DNA of 64,000 bases. It comes from Rebecca billardiae RCC1528 (Eukaryota; Protista; Haptophyta). The position numbers and the translations under genes were made by a program. The stretch spans positions 1,426,001 to 1,490,000 of the forward strand of contig OZ251241.1 of the NCBI GenBank assembly GCA_965240325.2, given 5' to 3'. Below, piece after piece: positions 54,791-64,000 of this stretch (the first letter of the stretch is position 1; each line of letters begins with the position of its first letter). The notes under the pieces were generated by a model. That model had not been told where the DNA came from and made no database searches. It worked only from the letters and a program-made list of their open reading frames with translations.

Positions 54791-57700
54791 ATGGCCTTCG
54801 CCGCGCTCCTGCCGGCGGCGGCGCTGGGCCGGCTCGCGCTGGCGGCGGGCGGGGTGCTTGACGCGCCGCGCTTCGCCTTCTCCCCCGCCGGCGCGCCGCC
54901 CGTCACCGGACCGCTCGTGCTCACCGAGCGCGCGGACTGGGCGGACGGCGCGTGCCCGCCGCGGCTCGCGACCGCTGCGGACGCAGCGCGGCTGCGCGGC
55001 GCGATCGTCGTGCACGTCGACGCGCCGTTCGTCGCGTGCAGCCCCGAGCAGCACGCCCGCGCCGCCGCGGCGTACGGCGCGTCGGGCTGGCTCCTCTTCG
55101 CCGAGGAGTTCAGCCGGTTCGACGCGACGCCAGGCTTTGCCGCCGGCTTGCACGTGAGCGGCGACACGCGCGCGTTCGGCGGCGGCGTGGTCGCGGCGGA
55201 CATCACGTCGGGCGCGGCGTCGGCGCTGGTGCGGCAGCTCCGCGCCGGCGGCGCGCCGCACGCCACGCTGCACCCCTCCGCCTCCGCCTTCGACGCGCTC
55301 TATGGCAGTTGGCCGGTGCTGCTGCTACTTGCGTTACTCACGCTTGAGGCGGCGCACGCGGCTGAGGTCGCGATCTCGCGGCTGCACGCGTTCCTGCGCG
55401 CGGACGGGCGGCTGCGGCTGACGATCCCGCAGCTCATGCTCGCGCTCGAGCTCTGCGTCGGCCTCTCGCGCCTCGTGCGCATGGGCACCGACCCACTTTT
55501 TCTCTGGCCGGGCCGGCTGGGCGTACACCCGGCGGTTGCGCTCGCGTCGAGCGAGCTCGCGCTCACGTCGGTGTCGACGGTGCTGAGCCTGGTGTACTTC
55601 GTGGAGGCGGCGGACGTGGCGGGCCTCGCCTCGTTCCGCATCACCTCCGCCGCCAACCGCCGCCTCATCCTCGCCGCGCTCGTCGGCACGCCGCTCATCG
55701 ACTCCGCCCTCGCCGGCCTGTTCGCGCGGCACTCGGCAACGCTCGCGGCTTTTGTCGGGCGGACGGTGTTCGCGTTCGGCGTGGTGCCGTGGGGCGTGCT
55801 CGCGTTCGCGGCGCACGCGCACCGCAAGGTGGGCGCGAGCATGCGCCGCGCCTCCGCCCCGCCGCGCGTCGTCGCCCGCCTCAGCGCCGTCACCGTCCGC
55901 CTCCTAGCCATGTCCGCGTTGCTCGCGCTTGTTGCGTCGGGTTGGCCGCCATCGCTGTTCGCACCGTGGCGCCGGCTCGTGGCGCACGCGGCGCTGGTCG
56001 CGGTGTGCACGGCGGCGTCGATGCTCAAGCTGCACCTCTTCCGGCCCGTCGGCGTCGCCATCGTCCCCGGCCCGCTCGAGCGCGCGCACGCGCTCCTCGC
56101 CGCCGCGTGCGCGCGCGCGCTCTCGCGCAGCCGCGGGGCATCGGCTGTCGTCCCGGCGGACGCGGACGGCGAGGACGACGAGAGCGCGCACGCGCGCGAG
56201 CTGGGGCTGGCGGAGGGCGCGGCGCTCGAGCTGCAGCGGCGCGAGCGTTTCTCCTCGCCCGAGCTCGGCCGCACGCGCTTCGAAGCCTTCATCGGCGGCG
56301 GCGGCGGCGACAGCGGCGGCGCAGCAGCTGAGGGTGCAGGCGGAGCGCCATGGCAGTTAGTTCGATCGCGCTCGCTGCAGCCCAGCCCGCCCGGCTCGCC
56401 CGAGGGGTCGGCGTCGCGCGCGCAGCTGTGGCGGCAGCTGCTCTCGCCGGGCGGCGTGCGCAAGCTCGTGCGCACGCCGCCGCCCCAGCCGCCGCCGCCC
56501 GAGCAGCGACGCGCCACCTGGGTCACGCGCCGGCTCGGAAGCACCGGCGGCGCACGGCGCGGCTCGTCGGCGCAAGGGGGTTTCGTCAGCTCGCCGACGC
56601 TGGAGCGGCTGCGCGGCGGCGCGCTGGGTCGGTCTCGGCAGCAGAGCGGCCAGCTGGGCGGCTCGCCGCGCTCGAGGCGCGCAAGCGGCCCGCTCGCCGC
56701 GCGGCGGCTCAGCGGGCCGCTCGCGAGCGCGGCGGCGGCGGTGGCGGCGGCTGCGACGGACGGCGGCGGCAGTGTCGGTGGCACGCCACAGCGCCGGCCG
56801 CGCGGGCGCTCGTCGCTCGGCACCACCACGAGCAGCGGCAGCGGCTTCGGGCTTGTTGGCAACGGCGGCGGCAGTGGCTCGACCAGCCGTGGCAGCGCGA
56901 GCCGCCGGTGCACGCCGCTGCCGCCCGGCCGCTTCGGACCGACGCTCGCCGCCGGGGCGGAGGGCCCCGCGGACCGGCCGCGCCGCGGCGTCTCCGAGGA
57001 TCTCGCGCGCCGAGATCCGATCTCGCCGGCGCGAGATCCGATCTCGCCGGCGCGAGAGGCGATCTCGCCGGCGGCGCGAGCGATGGTCCCGCCGGCGGCG
57101 CGAGCCACGACCTCGGTGGCGGCTGGCCCCGGCTCGCCGCTCGGCGGCTCGGCGGCTCGGGGGACGGCGCTGCACGCGCGCGGCGGCGGTGGCGGCTCGC
57201 CGCTCAACCCGCGCCGCGCGGGCAACTCGCCGCTCAACCCGCGCCTCTTCCGCGCGGCGAGCGCCACGGCAGAAGGCGGCGGCGGCGGCAGCATGGCCGC
57301 CGCGGCGGCGTGCGAGGGCGCGCCGCCCCGCGGCCCGGCGCCCGACGAAGGCGGCGGCGGCGGCGGCGGCGGCGATCGGCTCGCAGGTGTGGAGATGCTG
57401 AGACGGCACGCGTCGGCCGGGCAGGCGGGCGCGGCTCCGCGCCCGGCCGCAGCGGCGCGCGTGCCCGCGTGCGCGCTCACTCGCCCCTCGCTCAGCGGCG
57501 GGCACGTTCCCTCGGCCGTGCTGCTCGCTCGCGCGGAGGTGGCGTCGGCGGAGCCGGGCGCGGCGGCGGAGCCGACACCGCCGCTGTGTGCAGGCTCGCC
57601 AGCGGCGGCGGGCGCGGCGGCGCGCCGCGTTCCGCGCGCGGGCCCCGCACGGCACAGCGGCGAAAGTGCCGGAAGTGCCGGCAGCGCCGCTCGCCACACG

Positions 57701-59131
57701 CGCGGCAGCGGCAGCCCGGGCGGCGCGTGCCTCGCGCGGCCGGGCGGCGGCTGCGCGACGCGCGGCGCGCCGCGGCTGAGCACGAGCTCGCTCTCAAGCT
57801 ACGGCGAGAGCTACGGCAGCGCTGGCTCCATGAGTACTAGCGGAGCAAGCGGCGGCTCTCTCGGCGCCGCCGGCTCGGGCGCGAGGTCCGGCGGCGCGTC
57901 GCGGCACGGCGCGGCTGCGGGCGGCGGTGGCGGCGGCGGCTCGGGTCGCGACTCGGCGCTGACGGTGCCGGGCGCCGAGCGCGCGCCGCGCCGGAGCCAC
58001 GTGGGCGGGCTGCCCGAGCACCTCACGCTCGGAGTCTCCCTAGCGTACCTCCGCGAGTTTTCGGCGGAGCACGGGCTTGGCGCCGGTGACCCGACTTATC
58101 GTGTGGGCGAGATCGTGAGCGCGCGCACGCGCGAGTCGGGGCTGTCGATGTGCGAGCTGCTGCGCGCCTCGGCGCTGTGCACCGCGGACGGCCGGCCGGC
58201 GGTGCGCGCCGCGGGGCTCTTCGTAAGCCACGCACAGGCGTGCTCCTTCCTAGGCCTTCTTGACGCGCTCGCGCAACACATGGAGCTGCACACACTGCCG
58301 CCCGAGCGCACTTACGTCTGGATAGAGTGCGCGCCAGCAGCGCGCCGCCGCGCACCGCACCGCGCCGCCGCCGCGCGCGCACCGCACCGTGGCGTGCCGC
58401 ACCGCACCGTGCCGCACCGCACCGCACCGCACCGCACCGCCGCGGGACGCGCCGCGAGCCCGACGCGCGTGCGCCCAGCACCGACCGCGCCCCCAAATAC
58501 CCAGCCCTAACCCAAACCCCAACCCTCAACCCCAACCCTCAACCCGCCCCCGTACGCGCGGCACGCACGGCGCTCCCCACGCGAACCTCGCCCCCTGTCG
58601 CCCGAACCCGACCCCTCCGCCTGACGACGACACACACCAGTGTCTTCTGCATCCGACAGCACCGCGTCGATTTTGACGTGCTGCACATTGGAGCGATCGT
58701 GCGTCACGTGGCACGCACGGTCGCGATCCTGGAGCCGTGGGACCGGCCGGCGTGTCTGACGCGCGTGTGGTGCCTGTTCGAGATCATGCACGCGCACCTG
58801 GCGCACGCGGAGGGCGGCGCGGCGGCGGGGCAGCCGCAGGCGCAGGGCGGCGCGCTCGCGGCGGCGGACCGCGGCGGGCGCGGCTCAGACGAGCGCAGCC
58901 TGCGCGCCTCGACCGAGCGAAGCGGCCGCACGTCGGAGGAGCACTGCTCGGGGCGCGCCGCCGCCTCCGAGCCGCACACCCGCGCGACCGAGCTCGCACG
59001 CAGCCCGTCGGCCAGCGGCGGCGCAGAGGCCGGGCTCCTCGCCGACGTGGAGGGCGGCGGCGGCGGCGCGTGCGCGGTCGGTTCGAGCTTCCGCACGCTG
59101 CGCGTGAGCGCGAGCTACGCAGACTTCGGCA

Positions 59132-59163
<32 letters not shown>

Positions 59164-59958
59164 CAGCCATCGCCGCCGCGCGGCGCGGCGCGCGGCGCGG
59201 CGGCGAGCTTCTCACTCGCCCTCTCGAGCGCGCAGCGCGAGGCGTTCCTGCGCGCGCTCGACTCCGACCGCGAGACGGTCGTGCGCACGCTCACATCTTT
59301 TGACGCGCGGCACGCGGAGGCGTCCCTCGACGACGACCGCACGCGCATCCTCGAGCTCATCATCTCGCGGTTTGCGCCGAGCGGGCTGAGCGCGGCGCAG
59401 CTGCGCGCGCGCGGCGCCGAGCGCGAGCCCGCCGACGCCGACGCCGCGCTCGACGCCTTCAACTCGACGGTGCAGGCGGCGATCCAGGCGGCGGTCGCGG
59501 GCATGTCGTGGGGCAACCTCGTGTCGTGCGGCGCGGCGGCCGAGCGCGGCGGCGCGGCGTCGTCGTCGCCGGACGCCGGGCGGCACGGGCGCTCCTTCCG
59601 CTTCGGCGCGCTGGGCTGCCGACTCTTCCAGACCTCCTCCGCCTCGCGCCTCGACGACAGCGGCAGCGCCGCGGCGCGGCGGCGCGAGCGCAGCGGCGGC
59701 TCCGCGCGCGAGCGCAAGCGCAGCGTGGCGTGCGACGCGCCGCTCCCGATCGGCCGCAGCGCGAGCGCGTTCGTGCCCGCGCTCCGCCGCAGCCTCTCGG
59801 TGCGGAGGCCGAGCGTCGCGTCCGCCGCCGGCCCGATCAACGCCGCCGGCAGGCTCGCCGCGGCGGTGCGGCACGGCAGCCAGCGGGAGGCCGAGGCGGC
59901 GCGGCGGCGCACCGCGCCACCCGAGAGCGGCGGCGCGGAGCGGCACACGCGGAGCTCA

Positions 59959-59997
<39 letters not shown>

Positions 59998-60282
59998 AAC
60001 GATGATGACGATGAGCACGTTGTCGCGGTCGTCGTGCCCGCACGGCGCAGCGGCTCGCCGCCGCTGGCGCAGCGGCAGCCAAGCAGCACTGCGGTGCGCA
60101 CAGCCGGCGGAGGCGCTGCCGCGGCGCCACCAGCGGCGTCGTCCTCCGCGACTGACGGCGCCACCGAGCGGCGGCGACATCCCGAGCAGCAAGGCGGAGA
60201 CTCTGCTGACGCAGCTGACGGGCAGCAGCAGGCCCCAGCCTGCACGACGGCGCAGCAGCCGCGCGCAGAGTATCACGCCTGA
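54791..60282 (+). CDS. Paralogous receptor-like protein: signal peptide + PA domain + 7 TM + long disordered linker + HET/TIR-like domain; intron 58327-58640
   Basis: Same order of motifs as the 26892-29843 gene (LRGAIVV, ADIT, RLxAFxRADGRL, HLxLGVxLxY). Spliced FVSHAQAC...YVWIDVFCIRQ...LEPWDRPACLTRVWCLFEI. Confidence 0.75.
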
Positions 60283-60722
60283 CGATATATGCTGACGATA
60301 CGATGATGATATGCCGTGATGATCGATGATGATGATGACGACGCGCGCGAGCAGATGATGCTGTTATCATGCTGCTGTAATTGCTGTATGACGACCGGAC
60401 GTCGCATGACCGCGCAGATCGTCGTCGTCAGTCCCTGCTGCGCGCTGCGCCGGATCTGAGGCTGGCGGCATCGCCGCCAGCGCTGAGCGTTCATCAGCAT
60501 CAGGGTCTACTACTGCTATATACGCGCGACTGCGACAGCAGTAGTCGATACGCTACGGTCTAGTATACTTAGCTACTATAGCTAGCTGCTTCTGCTGCTA
60601 CTGACACTGATGATGACGACGAATGGACGATGACGCCCTTGGCTGGCGCATGCAAATTGTGCGTGCGCTGATGCGGCGGCGGCGGCCGTGCGTCCGCGGA
60701 TCAAACTGATTGGAAATCCAGC

Positions 60723-61724
60723 ATGCCGCCGCTCGGTAGTCCGTCGTCGTCGTCCGAGGTGACCGCCCCGCTCGTGCGGGCGGCGGCGCCCGAGCCCGCG
60801 ACGAGCCGTCGACGAACGGCGCGATGGACGGCCCTCGCCACCGTGGTGGCATTTGCGACCGGTGTCCTCGCGGGCGCCGCCGCGCTCGCTGTGGTGGTGG
60901 TGGGCTGGCCGCCGCCTCTCACGGCCGGCGTGGCGGTCGCAGGCGAGCACGACAAGCACAGCCACGGTGACTCGTACGCAGGGGCAGCCATCGTCATGCA
61001 GGCGCGCGACTCGAGTAGCGCGCTCGCTGCCGCCGCGGCGCGCGGTGCGGCCCCGGCGGTGGCGCGCGGGCCCGCGCGCGCGCCGGCACTCGACGCGGTC
61101 GCAGGCGGCTCCTTCAGCGCGGCGCGGGCGGAGTCCGGTGATTCCGGCCGGTACGCCGGCCCGGCGCTCGACGCGATGGACGAGCAGCAGCGCGCGATCT
61201 ACGACGAGATCGCGCGCTCGCGCCCGCGCACGGGCGTGCGCGGGCCGTTCCGCCCGTGGCTCGCGAACGCGGCGCTCGCGGACGCAGCGCAGCGGCTCGG
61301 CCGCGTGTGCCGGTACGGCACCTCGCTCCCGCCCGGACTCTCCGAGGTCGCCATCCTCACGTGCGCCGCGCACCACCGCTCGGAGGTCGAGTGGCGGATC
61401 CACGAGGGGGAGGCGCGGCTCGCCGGCGTGCACGCCGCGGCGATCGCGCGGATCAAGGCGGGCGACGCCGACCCGTTCCACCACCCGTCTGGCAACCGTA
61501 CCGAGGCGGCGGAGTCCGGTGGCGGAGTCCGGGCGGAGGCCGCCGCGACCGTGCACGCCTTTGCCGCCGAGCTGCTGCGCGCGTCGCGCGTCTCGGACGG
61601 CACGTACGCGCGCGCGGCCGAGCAGGTTGGTGACCGCGGTGTGGTCGAGCTGATCGCGATCGTGGGGTACTACTCGCTTGTCGCGTACACGCTCAACGCG
61701 CTCGAGCTGCAGGACGGCGGCTGA
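60723..61724 (+). CDS. Carboxymuconolactone decarboxylase (CMD/AhpD-like) family protein with N-terminal hydrophobic anchor
   Basis: QRAIYDEI...RGPFRPWL...SEVAILTCA...EWRIH...VVELIAIVGYY. Confidence 0.8.
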   Translation: MPPLGSPSSSSEVTAPLVRAAAPEPATSRRRTARWTALATVVAFATGVLAGAAALAVVVVGWPPPLTAGVAVAGEHDKHSHGDSYAGAAIVMQARDSSSALAAAAARGAAPAVARGPARAPALDAVAGGSFSAARAESGDSGRYAGPALDAMDEQQRAIYDEIARSRPRTGVRGPFRPWLANAALADAAQRLGRVCRYGTSLPPGLSEVAILTCAAHHRSEVEWRIHEGEARLAGVHAAAIARIKAGDADPFHHPSGNRTEAAESGGGVRAEAAATVHAFAAELLRASRVSDGTYARAAEQVGDRGVVELIAIVGYYSLVAYTLNALELQDGG

Positions 61725-62942
61725 GGGTGAGGCATAGTGTCGAGCCGCCGTGCGCCGTGCCCGTGTGCCGGTTGGCAGAGTCACCAGCCCGCGGCGCCGT
61801 CGCATGCGCGCAGCCTGCGGCCGTGAGTCGTGAGTACTACTGAACCGTCGGGCGGCCTGCATGTACTGGCGTCGTCGCAGTGAACGGCGCCCCGCCGAAA
61901 TAACGCGCCGCCCGAGTCTGAGCTTAGTCACTGAGCAGCTGCCAGTAGTCGAGTAGCTAGACACTCATCCCGCTATCCGCGCCTAGCTATGCTGGCGCTA
62001 TATATATATATATGCTGAGAAGTGACGAGCGCGCAGCTCACTCTCAGTGAGTACGGTCGGTCACCCGGCCGCGCGGGCCGTTATGAGCCAGTCAGTGACA
62101 GTGTAGCCGAAGTCAGAAGTGCCCGAGTGGGCGGGTCACAGCCGCTGACCGACGACCGTTACACTACTCCCGCCGGGTGCCACATCTTATTCCGTCCGAA
62201 TCATGACGAAATAATCTCTTAGCATGAAGTATCACACGGGTATTTACTTCATTTACTTGGACGAACTATAGCAGTTATTAGTAGGCGTTAAGCTACTACT
62301 ATAAGGCTTATAAATCCAGGCAGTGAATAGAATCCGCCTGTGCCAATTATTCACTTTTCAGACGCTGATACTCATGCCAAACTGAGTGTGACCTAGCCGC
62401 GGTGCGATTCTGCCTGGTGCAAACAGCGCTGAGATCACCTCGGAGATCGTGATGATGTATCTCCCCTACCGTAATGTTGCCGAGATCGCGTCACGAGATT
62501 GAGGTCGTATATCACTATATATATCTCCAGCTGAATGTGACATTTTTTCGCAAAACTGACCCCATAGGTCATTTTAGGCGAATATTGACATCCCGAAGTG
62601 AAGTTTGAGGGCCTCATCTCAAGACGACAGAAAGTTGGCTTTGGGGCCACACAGTACACACCCCACAGTGGGGCTCTGACCCCCGCTACAATCTAATACG
62701 CAGCTAATAAGGCCGGCGCGTCACTTACACTGGTAACGCGGCACGGGCGCAGCGCGAGGAGTGACGACTACTCGGACGATTCGCCATTCGGCGGCGGGGT
62801 CGCCGCCGTAAAATACGCTGTACTACGTATACGGGAACTATGGTCCAACTATACTACGCGTATAACTACGATTCCAGTACTCAGTCAGTCAGTCGTCGTC
62901 ATCAGCCGGTCGCGTGAAAGTAACTATAGTAGTAGTATACTC

Positions 62943-63003
62943 ATTCTATGATTTAACGACACAGGTAGGACGGCGCAGGTCTCCTGATTCGTCGTCGGCA
63001 GTG
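62943..63003. repeat. Diverged solo copy of the 42381/43438 direct-repeat unit
   Basis: attctatgatttaacgacacaggtaggacggcgcaggtctcctgattcgtc aligns with attctatgatttaaagacacaggcacgagggcgcagctctcctgattcgtc. Confidence 0.75.
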
Positions 63004-63361
63004 CCCGATCGTCGACACGAAGTCGGCGTTGGTGGCAGAGCATAGCCTGAACCGCGATCGAATGGCTTGAGCGCGGCCTAGTCGGAGGCTGAGCTGCTGT
63101 CAGAGCGCGATCCACCTGCGTTGCGCGGCTCGCATGGACCTGCTGTGCCCCGAGCGAGGGCGAGGGTGCAGGTCCGGATGTCAGACGGCCGTCTCAGCCG
63201 CTGGGCCCTGGCGGGTGATCCGGCGGTGATGTAGTCGTCCCCGTGTGCCCTGCGTGGCCGCGTGCACTGCTACGCCGCCGCGGTTGCAAACGGCGTTATC
63301 AACGTTGCACGCCCGGAAAAATGAGAAAGTCCGGAATAGCTGCGACTTGCGAGTCACCAGG

Positions 63362-63827
63362 ATGGCGGCGTTCGCGCTGCTCGTCACGGCCCTTGGCGTG
63401 GCAGGGGTCTGCCCGGCCGCTGCGGGCATCAAGCCTCGCCCACCCGCGCAGCTCGGTCCGCGCATCGTTCGCCGTCTCGACGCCGTCCTCCGACGAGGCC
63501 GTGGCGATGGGTGTGCGCGATTGGCCGACCATGTCGCGCGATCGCTCGTTTCGCGAGGAGGTGCCGGCGGACGCCCAGCGGTACGTGCTCGAGGGGACGG
63601 GGCTCGTGCGCGCCCTGGACGGCGACGGCGGCGAGACGAAGAGCGCGCAGCTGCAGCCCGGCGCCCTGCTCACCGTCGAGGACGCGTGCACGCTCGAATG
63701 GACGCCGGACGAGGGTGCGGCCCTCCTCATCCTCACACCCACCTACCAGCAGCCTCTTGTCTTCGTGGGCTTTGCCCTCGCGACCTTCGCCTTGTTCGCC
63801 GCGCTGATCGGCACTGTGTCGTCGTAG
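63362..63827 (+). CDS. Cupin_3/DUF861-like protein with targeting peptide and C-terminal TM; apparent +1 frameshift at 63404-63407
   Basis: MGVRDWPT...RYVLEGTG...GALLTV...LEW cupin pattern. The signal peptide MAAFALLVTALGVAG is in a different frame and joins if one G of GGGG is removed. Confidence 0.55.
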
Positions 63828-64000
63828 GGTGCACGCCGCTGCGATGCCAATGCGGCCGGAGCGCACTGGCGAGGCGGCGGCCAACGCATCAGTCTTGATG
63901 ACGACCATATGATTAATGATATTAAGCGGTAATTGCGGGCCAGCCGCCCCTGCTGACGCGCGACCGCGGCGCGGCATCATGGCAGCGGCCCGCCGCCGGG

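Noticed and set aside
58503-58546. Telomere-like CCCTAA/CCCTCAA repeats (also ~53200 and ~44815)
   Set aside because: Short, degenerate and intronic or intergenic. Better explained as low-complexity sequence.

Overview
Very GC-rich eukaryotic nuclear DNA. It has spliceosomal GT-AG introns rich in GCGCG repeats, (TA)n microsatellites and AT-rich intergenic spacers. By inference it comes from a haptophyte-like alga (Pavlovales/Diacronema-like), which is not proven. About 17 protein genes can be supported: an EF-hand protein, a PHM/DBH-like copper monooxygenase, a DUF6492 protein, a FAM241-like protein, a SERCA-type Ca2+-ATPase, an EDR1-kinase-ARM protein, an Sfi1-like protein, a Hog/Hint protein, a GOST-type 7TM protein, a class 3 lipase, an HPt protein, GCP4, a CMD/AhpD-like protein, a cupin and three receptors. 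The headline observation is the three predicted cell-surface receptors. Each couples an extracellular sensor (tandem Venus-flytrap + 1 TM in one, PA domain + 7TM in two paralogs) to a cytosolic HET/TIR-like domain (FVSH...WID...Q...RxWxxxE). This domain only becomes fully visible after splicing and suggests a Toll-like/GPCR-like NAD-signalling or cell-death receptor system. The window also holds a deleted pogo-like transposon and five unrelated long-arm foldback (palindromic) elements, two of them with nested insertions. No rRNA, tRNA or CRISPR array was recognised. Most of the long ORFs in the supplied track are GC-rich antisense or alternative-frame shadows.
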